64,000 nucleotides of DNA from Actinomycetota bacterium (GTDB taxonomy: Bacteria > Actinomycetota > Acidimicrobiia > IMCC26256 > JAENVU01): contig VGBT01000009.1 in NCBI GenBank assembly GCA_016870395.1, forward strand, positions 15,306-79,305. Direction: 5' to 3'. Of the stretch, positions 8,387-17,127 are shown one piece after another. The first letter of the stretch is position 1. Every line of letters starts with the position of its first letter. The position numbers were made by a program, and so were the translations under genes. The notes beneath the pieces were generated by a model, which made no database searches, was not told the origin of the DNA, and saw only the letters and a list, made by a program, of their open reading frames with translations.

Positions 8387-9058
8387 ATGGCCGACGTCAT
8401 CCTTGCCGCCGAGAAGCGAACCGACCTGGGCTCCGGCAACGCCGGGCGGCTTCGACGCGCCGGACGCCTCCCGGCGGTCGTGTACGGCCTGTCGTCCGAG
8501 ACGGTGTCGATCACCGTTCCCGCCCACGACCTCGATCGGATCCTGCGCGGTGCATCGGGTGCCAACACGCTGATCACCCTCGCGCTCGACGGCGACGACC
8601 TGCTCGCGTTCGCTCGCCAGATCCAGCGGCACCCGACCCGCGGCGACCTCGTGCACGTCGACTTCGTCCGGGTGCGGCGCGACCAGGCCGTGATGGCCGA
8701 GGTGCCACTGCATCTCGACGGCGACGTTCCCGGCGTCCGAGCCGGTGGCCACCTCGAGCAGCTTCTGTTCCACGTCACCGTGGAGGCGAAGCCGGCCGAC
8801 ATCCCCAACTCGATCACCCTCGACGTGTCGAGCCTCGAGCTGGGCGACCAGCTGCGCGTGGCCGATCTTCCGGTGCTTCCGGGTGCCGTCCTGCAGCACA
8901 AGGAGGACGAGCTCGTCGCGCAGGTGAGCATCCCCCGTGGCATGGCCGAGGACGAGGCCGAGGAGGGCGAAGAGGGCGAGGAGGGCGAAGAGGGCGAGGG
9001 TGGCGAAGCTCCGACCGCCGAAGCGGCAGCCGAGGGCGCCGAGAGCGGCGAGGGCTAG
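8387..9058 (+). CDS. rplY: 50S ribosomal protein L25 / general stress protein Ctc, with acidic Glu/Gly-rich tail
   Basis: [33 protein letters not shown]; followed by pth as in other actinobacteria. Confidence 0.9.
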   Translation: MADVILAAEKRTDLGSGNAGRLRRAGRLPAVVYGLSSETVSITVPAHDLDRILRGASGANTLITLALDGDDLLAFARQIQRHPTRGDLVHVDFVRVRRDQAVMAEVPLHLDGDVPGVRAGGHLEQLLFHVTVEAKPADIPNSITLDVSSLELGDQLRVADLPVLPGAVLQHKEDELVAQVSIPRGMAEDEAEEGEEGEEGEEGEGGEAPTAEAAAEGAESGEG

Positions 9059-9061
9059 CCG

Positions 9062-9664
9062 GTGCTGCGGCGGTCTCGCTCCGAGCCCCGCCGTGGCACC
9101 CCGGCCGACCTGCTCGTGGTCGGTCTCGGAAACCCCGGCGACGAGTACGCGCGCACGCGCCACAACGTCGGCGCCGAGGTCGTCGAGATGCTCGCCCGCC
9201 GCCATGGCGCGACGCTGAAGAAGGGCAAGGAGCGCGCCCGCGTCGACGAGGTGCGCATCGACGGCCGCCGGGTCGCGCTGGCGATCCCGCTGACCTACAT
9301 GAACGACTCGGGCGACGCGGTTCGGCTGCTCGCTCGCCGGTACGGCGTCGAACCGGAGCAGATCGTCGTCGTGCACGACGAGCTCGACCTGCCGGTCGCG
9401 GCGCTCAAGGTAAAGGCGGGAGGCGGGCTCGCCGGCCACAACGGGCTGCGCTCGATCAAGGCTCACCTGCACTCCGAGGCGTTCCTGCGCGTGCGCATCG
9501 GCGTCGACAAGCCCGTCAGCAAGGAGCGCGGCGTCGACCACGTGCTCAACAAGTTCGCGAAGCGTGAGCGCGCCGAGATCGACGTCACCCTCGAGCACGC
9601 CGCCGACGCGGTGGAGGCGATCGCGACGAAGGGCATCGCCGCCACGATGAACGAGTTCAACTGA
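9062..9664 (+). CDS. pth: peptidyl-tRNA hydrolase
   Basis: LLVVGLGNPGDEYARTRHNVG, AGHNGLRS motifs. Confidence 0.95.
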   Translation: MLRRSRSEPRRGTPADLLVVGLGNPGDEYARTRHNVGAEVVEMLARRHGATLKKGKERARVDEVRIDGRRVALAIPLTYMNDSGDAVRLLARRYGVEPEQIVVVHDELDLPVAALKVKAGGGLAGHNGLRSIKAHLHSEAFLRVRIGVDKPVSKERGVDHVLNKFAKRERAEIDVTLEHAADAVEAIATKGIAATMNEFN

Positions 9665-9857
9665 CTCCGCGCCTCGGCCGGGCGGTGGCGTCGGCCGTTC
9701 GCTCGAACAGCGCTCGCTCCGCCTGCGGCTCCGCGAGCGAACTCGCTCGGCGGCTCGCCGCGACCGCCCGACCTGGTGATGTAGCGGCTTCGACGACGGT
9801 CCGGCTCGGTAACCGTTTAGGGGTGCTCGGGCTCGCAGCGCTATCGATCCGGGCCGC

Positions 9858-10394
9858 TCAGCGCATTGAAGTGAGCCACCTCGCGAACGCGAGGAGGTCG
9901 TCCCAGACCGGGACGTCGGGGTAGTCGGCCTCCGTCGCTCGGCCCTTGCCGGTGCGCACCAGCGCGGGGTGGCATCCGAACCGGCGGGCGGCCTCGATGT
10001 CGCGTCCCGCGTCGAGCACGAACCAGGTCTCGGCCGGGTCGAAGCCGAGCAGCCCGTGGGCCTGCTCGAGGAGAAGGGTGCCGGGCTTCCGGCACCTACA
10101 CCCGACCTCGGGCGCGTGCGGGCACACAAACCACGCGCGGATCCTCGATCCCAGCGCCTCGTCGAGGGCCCGGTTGATCTGGTCCAACCTTGGGGGGCTC
10201 AGGGCGCCCCGACCGACGCAGGCTTGGTTGGTGACCACCACGAGCGCGAAGCCCGCCCGGGCCAGGAGCGCTGCCCCCTGGGCCGCCCCGGCCTCGACCT
10301 CGAGCTCGTCGAGGTCGGTCACCGAGCCGGGACGATCCACGTTGAGCACCCCGTCGCGATCGAGGAGGACGACCCGGTTGCTACCCTCAAGCAC
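9858..10394 (-). CDS. gmhB: D-glycero-D-manno-heptose 1,7-bisphosphate phosphatase (HAD-IIIA)
   Basis: LLDRDGVLN (DxDGT/V motif), VVVTNQACVGRG, CxHxxxxxCxCRKP zinc motif (CPHAPEVGCRCRKPG); start GTG 10394 or ATG 10451. Confidence 0.8.
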   Translation of the reverse strand: MLEGSNRVVLLDRDGVLNVDRPGSVTDLDELEVEAGAAQGAALLARAGFALVVVTNQACVGRGALSPPRLDQINRALDEALGSRIRAWFVCPHAPEVGCRCRKPGTLLLEQAHGLLGFDPAETWFVLDAGRDIEAARRFGCHPALVRTGKGRATEADYPDVPVWDDLLAFARWLTSMR

Positions 10395-10421
10395 GGCGTC
10401 CCGCCCGTCGAGAGACTCTTC

Positions 10422-10997
10422 GTGGACATTCAGCAGGCTATCGGCGAGCATCAAGCGGTCTTGGAAAACCTCCGTCCGCTCGTGCCCGAGATCGAGCGGG
10501 TCGCGGCCGAGCTTACGCTGCGGCTGCGGGCCGGGGGAACGGTCTTCTGGATCGGCAACGGTGGGAGCGCGCTCCAGGCCCAGCACTTCGCGTGCGAGCT
10601 GGTTGGCCGCTACGAGCGGGAGCGTCGCGGTCTGGCGTCGGTGGCGCTCACGACCGACGCCTCCATCCTCACCGCGATCGCCAACGACTACTCCTTCGAC
10701 GCGGTCTTCGCGCGCCAGGTGGAGGCGCTGTGCACACCGGCTGACGTGATCGTCGGGATCTCGACTTCGGGCAACAGCCCCAACGTGCTCCAGGGCATCG
10801 ACGCGGCCAGCTCGATCGGTGCGCTCACCGTGGGTCTCGCCGGCGGCGACGGAGGCAAGCTGGCCCGCGCGGTCGACCTCGCGCTCGTCGTCCCGTACAC
10901 GCGCACGAGTCGCGTACAGGTCGCCCACCTGTTCCTCGGCCACACGATCTGCGAGCTCGTCGAGCTCGCGACCTCGGACGGGGGTGACGATGTTTGA
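10422..10997 (+). CDS. gmhA: D-sedoheptulose 7-phosphate isomerase (SIS domain)
   Basis: WIGNGGSALQAQHFACELVGRY, ISTSGNSPNV motifs; GTG 10422. Confidence 0.85.
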   Translation: MDIQQAIGEHQAVLENLRPLVPEIERVAAELTLRLRAGGTVFWIGNGGSALQAQHFACELVGRYERERRGLASVALTTDASILTAIANDYSFDAVFARQVEALCTPADVIVGISTSGNSPNVLQGIDAASSIGALTVGLAGGDGGKLARAVDLALVVPYTRTSRVQVAHLFLGHTICELVELATSDGGDDV

Positions 10998-12459
10998 CCG
11001 TCCTGAGCTTGTCCACGCCGCGGTGCGGGGCGGGTTCGCCGGATGCCGGATGCTTGTCGTCGGCGACCTGATGCTGGATCGCTATCTCGTGGGCGAGGTC
11101 GCGCGCATCTCTCCCGAAGCACCGGTCCCCGTTGTACTACTCGAGCGTGAGACCACGTCGGTCGGCGGCGCGGGCAACGTCGTCCTGAACCTCACGGGCC
11201 TCGGCGTTCAAGCCGACGTCGCGGGCTGGACCGGCGACGATCCGGACGGCGCGCACCTCCGCAACCTCCTCGGCGATGCCGGAGTGCGGGTGCACGGGAT
11301 CGAGTCCGTGCGCGGCCGACCCACGACCACGAAGACGCGGGTGCTGTCGCGGCATCAGCAGCTCGTGCGCATCGACGCCGAGGAGACCGAGGCGCGTTCG
11401 CCCGCGGAACGGGAGCGCTGGGACCGACGGATCGTGGAGATGCTCGACGACGGCTACGACGCGTTGGTGCTTTCCGACTACGCCAAGGGCGTGCTCGAGA
11501 CCAACTTGTGCCGGGCGCTGATCGGCAAGGCGCGCGAGCGCGGGGTCCCGGTGCTTGTCGACCCGAAAGGGCTCGACTACGCGAAGTACGCGGGCGCCAC
11601 CACGGTCACGCCCAATGAGGGTGAGCTCATGGCAGCCATCGAGGTGACCGCGAGCGAGTCCGAGGCGCTGACGGCCGCGGCCGCCGCGCTGCGCGAGGTG
11701 CTCGAGCTCGAGTTCGTCACGCTGACACGCGGCGAGGAGGGCATCACGGTCGTCGACTCGACGGGTCGTCACCACATTCCGGCGCGTGCACGTGAGGTCT
11801 TCGATGTCTCGGGTGCGGGTGACACGGTCATCGCGACGCTGGCCGCGGCCGTGGCCGTCGGGATCGGCAGGCGGGACGCGGCGGTGCTGGCGAACCTCGC
11901 GGCCGGGATCACGGTCGGTCACACCGGCACGATGCCGATCAGCCAGACCGAGCTGCTCGAAGCGCTCGGTCCCGCTGAGCCGGAGCTCGCGGACAAGGTG
12001 ATGGACCTCTCGGCCGCGGTGGAGGCCGTCGACCGCTGGCGCGACGGTGGCGCCGTGATCGGGTTCACGAACGGTTGCTTCGACCTCCTCCACCCGGGTC
12101 ACGTCACGTCCCTGCACTGGGCGAAGCGTCACTGCGACCGGCTCGTAGTCGGGATCAACACCGACGCGTCTACCCGGGCACTGAAGGGAGAGGGACGGCC
12201 GGTGAACGCCGAGGCGGCGCGGGCCGCGGTGATCGCCGGCCTGGCGTCTGTCGACGCCGTGGTCTCCTTCGACGATGCCACGCCGATCAACGTGATCCTC
12301 GCCCTGCGCCCCGAGGTGCTCGTGAAGGGCGCCGCCTACACGGACGCCGAGATCGTGGGGGCCCCGGAGGTCCTAGGCTGGGGCGGGCAGGTGCTGCGAG
12401 CGCCGATGTTCGAAGGTCACAGCACCACGAAGCTGCTCGACCACTTCAAACCGTCGTGA
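10990..12459 (+). CDS. hldE: bifunctional D-beta-D-heptose 7-phosphate kinase / D-beta-D-heptose 1-phosphate adenylyltransferase
   Basis: N-terminal ribokinase-like domain (VVGDLMLDRY, DVSGAGDTV), C-terminal cytidylyltransferase domain (TNGCFDLLHPGH); ATG 10990 overlaps gmhA by 8 nt. Confidence 0.9.
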   Translation: MFDRPELVHAAVRGGFAGCRMLVVGDLMLDRYLVGEVARISPEAPVPVVLLERETTSVGGAGNVVLNLTGLGVQADVAGWTGDDPDGAHLRNLLGDAGVRVHGIESVRGRPTTTKTRVLSRHQQLVRIDAEETEARSPAERERWDRRIVEMLDDGYDALVLSDYAKGVLETNLCRALIGKARERGVPVLVDPKGLDYAKYAGATTVTPNEGELMAAIEVTASESEALTAAAAALREVLELEFVTLTRGEEGITVVDSTGRHHIPARAREVFDVSGAGDTVIATLAAAVAVGIGRRDAAVLANLAAGITVGHTGTMPISQTELLEALGPAEPELADKVMDLSAAVEAVDRWRDGGAVIGFTNGCFDLLHPGHVTSLHWAKRHCDRLVVGINTDASTRALKGEGRPVNAEAARAAVIAGLASVDAVVSFDDATPINVILALRPEVLVKGAAYTDAEIVGAPEVLGWGGQVLRAPMFEGHSTTKLLDHFKPS

Positions 12460-13583
12460 CCGCGGCGTCGCAGCGCCACCGGGATCGGGGCAACGCCGGT
12501 CTGCGGTGGGCTGACAAGACGCTCGGCGTCTTCGCCGTCGCGTGCGGCGGTGCGCTGCGGCGACTGCGCGGCCGCCGGGCGGTTCCGACCGCGCCGGCCT
12601 CGATCGGATTGCTCAAGGCGTCGGGCATCGGCGACGTCGTGATCCTCTCTGGCGTGGTTGCGGATCTACGCGCCGCGTTCCCGGACGCACGTCTCGTGCT
12701 GTTCACGAGCGCGAACAACGACGCGTTCGCGCAATTGCTCGACGGCCTCGACGAGTTCGTCGAGCTCCCGGTACGGAATCCGCTCGCGGCGATCCGACGG
12801 GTGCGGGCCGAGCGAGTCGACGTGATGGTCGACTTCGGGATGTGGTCGCGGTTCGAGGCGTTCGTCGCGAGTTGCTCCGGCGCACGCTGCGTGATCGGCA
12901 TGCGCACACCCGGCCAGCACCGTCACTTCGCCTTCGATGTCGTGCTCGAGCACTCGACCGAGCACGAGATCGAGAACTACCGGCATCTCGTCGCGACGCT
13001 GGGCGTCGCAGGCCGGAGCCTTCCCCGGATCACCCGCGTCGACCAGACCGAGCGTCCGCTGGCCGCGCGCTACGTGGTGCTGCACCTCTGGCCGGGTGGG
13101 TCGAACTGGAAGGAGCGCTCGTGGCCATCGTCGTCCTGGCATGCGCTCGCTCGCGCCCTGGCCGAACGCGGTCATGAGCTGGTGCTCACCGGCGGGTCGG
13201 GCGACGCGACTGCCACCGAGGATCTCGTGCGACCGTGGGACGAGGAGGGGATCGCGGCCCGCTCGATCGCGGGTTTCCCGCCCCTCGCCACTGCCGTCTG
13301 GCTGCGGCATGCAGATGGCGTCGTGAGCGTGAACACGGGTGTGATGCACCTGGCCGCAGCGCTGGGCGCACCGGTCGTCGCGCTCAACGGCCCCACCGCC
13401 GCGCGTCGCTGGGGCCCGCTGGGCGCTCATGTTCGCTGCGTGGCATCACCGGTGGTGCCCGACGGGTACCTGAACCTCGGCTGGGAGCGCGACGACCGCT
13501 ACCCGGACTGCATGCAGGCGATCACGGTCGACGCTGTGCTCGCCGCGTGGGATGACCTCCAGGCCGAGGCCGCCTCGGCCTGA
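12456..13583 (+). CDS. glycosyltransferase family 9 (heptosyltransferase-like)
   Basis: GIGDVVILSGVV, LHLWPGGSNWKERSWP, VNTGVMHLAAALGAPVVALNGPT resemble WaaC/WaaF-type GT9; GTG 12456 overlaps hldE stop (GTGA). Confidence 0.85.
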   Translation: MTAASQRHRDRGNAGLRWADKTLGVFAVACGGALRRLRGRRAVPTAPASIGLLKASGIGDVVILSGVVADLRAAFPDARLVLFTSANNDAFAQLLDGLDEFVELPVRNPLAAIRRVRAERVDVMVDFGMWSRFEAFVASCSGARCVIGMRTPGQHRHFAFDVVLEHSTEHEIENYRHLVATLGVAGRSLPRITRVDQTERPLAARYVVLHLWPGGSNWKERSWPSSSWHALARALAERGHELVLTGGSGDATATEDLVRPWDEEGIAARSIAGFPPLATAVWLRHADGVVSVNTGVMHLAAALGAPVVALNGPTAARRWGPLGAHVRCVASPVVPDGYLNLGWERDDRYPDCMQAITVDAVLAAWDDLQAEAASA

Positions 13584-13645
13584 CCCCCGGAAACTGTCGC
13601 GTGTATCTCACGCCCTGGCGTGAGGAAGGGGCGACAGTTTCGTGG
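13584..13645 (+). repeat. hairpin-forming interspersed element, family 1, copy 1
   Basis: CCCCCGGAAACTGTCGCGTGTATCTCACGCCCTGGCGTGAGGAAGGGGCGACAGTTTCGTGG; outer arms GAAACTGTCGC/GCGACAGTTTC and inner arms CTCACGC/GCGTGAG are reverse complements; starts 1 nt after the GT9 stop. Confidence 0.9.
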
Positions 13646-16600
13646 AACGGGTGCGTTCGCCGGTGGTCGCGGGGTCCTGTCACGATGGCGGCGTGATCCC
13701 GGCCCCCCTCTCGGAGCTCCCGCGCCTGCTCGCGGACGACACCTGCCTCGGCGCCGCCGCGTCGGGTCGGGCCGCGGTGGTCGCCGTCCCCGAAGCGGCC
13801 CGACCCCTGTTCGTGGCCGCCCTCCACCGGCTGACCGGTGCGAGGCTGATCCTCCTCGCGGTGCCGACCGTCGCCGAGGCCGAGCGCGTAGCCGGCGACC
13901 TCGCGCCCATGCTCGGTCGCGACGAGGTGGAGCTCTTCCCCGCGTGGGAGACCCTGCCCTTCGAGCGGGTCTCGCCCGCGCTCGAGACGATGGGCCGGCG
14001 GCTGCGCGTGATGTGGCGCCTGCGCGAGGGCGGGGCCTCGGCTCCCGCCGTGGTGGTCGCGCCGGTTCGTGCGCTCGTGCAGCGCCTCGGCCCCCACGTC
14101 GAGGACGTCGAGCCGATCCGGCTGTCCCCCGGCGACCTGGTGGACCGCGACGGTCTGCTCGAACGCCTGGTCGCGATGGGCTACCGACGCGAGTACCAGG
14201 TGGAGTCGCGCGGAGAGGTCGCGGTGCGGGGCTCCATCGTCGACGTCTACGCGGCGACCGCCGAGCATCCCGTGCGGATCGATCTCTGGGGCGACGAGGT
14301 CGACCGCTGCTCGGTGTTCTCGGTGGCCGACCAGCGCACCGACCGCGAGCTCGACGAGGTCGTCGTGTTCCCGTGCCGGGAGCTGTTGCCGACGGCGGAG
14401 GTGCGCGGGAGGGCAGCCGAGCTCCTGACCTCGGCCCCCTGGGCGCGCGAGCAGTGGGACCGCTTGGCCGAGGCGCAGACCTTTGACGGCATGGAGTCCT
14501 GGCTGCCCTGGCTCACCGACGACGAGCACCTGCTCTCCGACTTGCTCCCGGCGGGCGCTCGGGTGTTGCTCGTGGAGCCCCGGCGGATGCGCGACCGCGC
14601 CCAGGAGCTCCTCGACGAGGAGGCCTCGCTCGCCCACACCCTGGCCACCACCTGGGGGGCCGCGGGCCACGACTTCCCGCGCATGTCGCTGCCGTTCGAC
14701 CGGCTGCTCGCGCACACGAGCGCGACCACTACCCACCTGCTCACCGCGCCCGACACGCCCGACACGCCCCAGCTCGGCGCCGCGGCGTTCGACCCGGTGA
14801 TCGGTGATGTCGAGGCGCTGGCCGGCCGCGTGCGCGCACTGCTCGACGGCGGCAACCGGGTGGTTCTCGCCGCGGAGGGCGCGGGTAGCGCCACGCGCTT
14901 GCACGACGTGCTCGCGGGCGAGGGCATCGACGCCCCGATCACCGACCGGCCCGGAACCGACCCTGGCGCGCTGTCGGTCGTGGTGGCCCCGATCGAGCGG
15001 GGCGTCGTCGTCCCCGGCGCGCGCCTGGCCCTCGTCGCGGAGGCCGACCTCACCGGCCGGCGCCGCGTGCACCGCAAGGAGCGGCGCGCCCGCAAGTCCG
15101 TCGACTACTACGACGACCTCAAGGCCGGCGACTTCGTCGTGCACCAGGTGCACGGGGTAAGTCGCTACGAAGGGATGGTGCAACGCGCGATCGGCGGCGT
15201 CGAGCGCGACTACCTGCTGCTCGCGTACCGCGGCGGCGACAAGCTCTACGTGCCGACCGACCAGGTCGGCACGGTGCGCCGCTACACGGGCGGGGAGTCG
15301 CCGACCCTGTCGAAGATGGGCGGCAGCGAGTGGCAGAAGACCCGCAACCAGGTGCGCAGCGCGGTCCGCGAGATCGCCGCCGAGCTCGTGGTCCTCTACC
15401 GCAAGCGGCTCGCCACGCCCGGGTACGCGTTCTCACCCGACACGCCGTGGCAGCACGAGCTCGAGGAGGCCTTCCCGTACGAGGAGACCCCCGACCAGCT
15501 TGCCGCGATCACCGAGGTCAAGGCCGACATGGAGCGGCCGGTGCCCATGGACCGGCTGGTCTGCGGCGATGTGGGCTTCGGCAAGACGGAGGTTGCACTC
15601 CGCGCCGCGTTCAAGGCCGTGCAGGACGGCAAGCAGGTCGCGATCCTGGCGCCGACGACGCTGCTGGCCAACCAGCATGGCCAGACATTCCGCGAGCGGT
15701 TCGCCGCGTACCCCGTGCGCGTGGAGGTGCTGTCGCGCTTCCTCACCGCGAAGGAGCAGGACGCCGTCGTCGCCGCGCTCGCCGCCGGCGACGTCGATGT
15801 GGTGGTGGGAACGCATCGCCTGCTCTCCGACGACGTGGTGGTCAAAGACCTCGGGCTGCTCGTTGTCGACGAGGAGCAGCGCTTCGGTGTGACCCACAAG
15901 GAGAAGATCAAGCACCTCCGCGCCAACGTCGACGTGCTCACACTCACCGCGACGCCCATTCCGCGCACCCTCGAGCTGAGCCTAACCGGGATACGCGACC
16001 TTTCGCTCGTCCAGACGCCGCCCGAGGAGCGCCAGCCGATCCTCACCTACGTCGGCGAGTTCGACGAGCGAGCCGTCTCAGAGGCCATCCGTCGCGAGCT
16101 GCTGCGCGAGGGACAGGTCTTCTACGTGCACAACCGCGTCCAGGACATCGAGCACATCGCCGAGCAGGTGCACGACCTGGTGCCCGAGGCGCGGGTCGCG
16201 ATCGCGCACGGACAGATGGACGAGGCCCGGCTCGAGCGCGTGGTGCTCGACTTCGCCGACCGCGACTACGACGTGCTCGTCTGCACCACCATCGTCGAGA
16301 GCGGTCTCGACATGCCGACGGTCAACACGATGGTGGTGGACCGGGCCGACCTGCTCGGTCTCGCCCAGCTCTATCAGCTGCGTGGCCGGGTCGGCCGTCG
16401 CGGCCAGCGCGCGTACGCGTACCTCCTGCACCCGGCCGACCGCGCGCTCTCCGAGGAGGCCTACGAGCGGCTGAAGGCGATCGGCGAGTTCACCGACCTC
16501 GGCTCGGGCTTCAAGCTCGCGATGCGCGACCTCGAGATCCGCGGCGCGGGCAACATGCTGGGCGGCGCGCAGAGCGGCCACATCGCGGCCGTCGGCTTCG

Positions 16601-17115
16601 ACCTCTACTGCGAGCTGGTCACCGAGGCGATCGGGGAGCTGAAGGGCGACGAACCGGTGCGGCCGGTGGAGGTGGTGATCGACGTTCCGGTGGACGCGCA
16701 CCTCCCACGCGAGTACGTAAGCCGCGACGACGTGCGGATGGAGGCGTACCGGCGCCTGGCCGCGGTGACGACGCCGGCCGACGTCGACGACGTGCGCGCC
16801 GAGTGGGAGGACCGGTACGGGCCGCTCCCCACCGCCGCCGAGGCCCTGCTCGCGGTGGCCCGGCTGCGGGCCGAGTGCGTCCGGATCGGGGTCACGAGCA
16901 TCTCCGTGCAGAAGGGGATCGCCCGGATCGGGGGTCTCTCGCTCAAGGAGAGCGAGAAGGTTCGGTTGCGGCGCCTGGCGAAGCGGGCCGTCGCCAAAAA
17001 CGACGGGGAGCTTGCAGTGCCGATCGGTGCCCACGGTGCCGACGTCCCGGGCGCGATGGTCGCGTTCCTCGCGGAGCTGCGACCCGACCCCGACGCACCG
17101 GGTGCTTCCCGGTAG
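13642..17115 (+). CDS. mfd: transcription-repair coupling factor
   Basis: CarD-like domain (GDFVVHQVHGV), DEAD/H helicase motifs (GDVGFGKTEVALRAA, VVDEEQRFGV), TRG motif region; start GTG 13642 or GTG 13693. Confidence 0.95.
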   Translation: MERVRSPVVAGSCHDGGVIPAPLSELPRLLADDTCLGAAASGRAAVVAVPEAARPLFVAALHRLTGARLILLAVPTVAEAERVAGDLAPMLGRDEVELFPAWETLPFERVSPALETMGRRLRVMWRLREGGASAPAVVVAPVRALVQRLGPHVEDVEPIRLSPGDLVDRDGLLERLVAMGYRREYQVESRGEVAVRGSIVDVYAATAEHPVRIDLWGDEVDRCSVFSVADQRTDRELDEVVVFPCRELLPTAEVRGRAAELLTSAPWAREQWDRLAEAQTFDGMESWLPWLTDDEHLLSDLLPAGARVLLVEPRRMRDRAQELLDEEASLAHTLATTWGAAGHDFPRMSLPFDRLLAHTSATTTHLLTAPDTPDTPQLGAAAFDPVIGDVEALAGRVRALLDGGNRVVLAAEGAGSATRLHDVLAGEGIDAPITDRPGTDPGALSVVVAPIERGVVVPGARLALVAEADLTGRRRVHRKERRARKSVDYYDDLKAGDFVVHQVHGVSRYEGMVQRAIGGVERDYLLLAYRGGDKLYVPTDQVGTVRRYTGGESPTLSKMGGSEWQKTRNQVRSAVREIAAELVVLYRKRLATPGYAFSPDTPWQHELEEAFPYEETPDQLAAITEVKADMERPVPMDRLVCGDVGFGKTEVALRAAFKAVQDGKQVAILAPTTLLANQHGQTFRERFAAYPVRVEVLSRFLTAKEQDAVVAALAAGDVDVVVGTHRLLSDDVVVKDLGLLVVDEEQRFGVTHKEKIKHLRANVDVLTLTATPIPRTLELSLTGIRDLSLVQTPPEERQPILTYVGEFDERAVSEAIRRELLREGQVFYVHNRVQDIEHIAEQVHDLVPEARVAIAHGQMDEARLERVVLDFADRDYDVLVCTTIVESGLDMPTVNTMVVDRADLLGLAQLYQLRGRVGRRGQRAYAYLLHPADRALSEEAYERLKAIGEFTDLGSGFKLAMRDLEIRGAGNMLGGAQSGHIAAVGFDLYCELVTEAIGELKGDEPVRPVEVVIDVPVDAHLPREYVSRDDVRMEAYRRLAAVTTPADVDDVRAEWEDRYGPLPTAAEALLAVARLRAECVRIGVTSISVQKGIARIGGLSLKESEKVRLRRLAKRAVAKNDGELAVPIGAHGADVPGAMVAFLAELRPDPDAPGASR

Positions 17116-17127
17116 GCTCCCCGCCCT

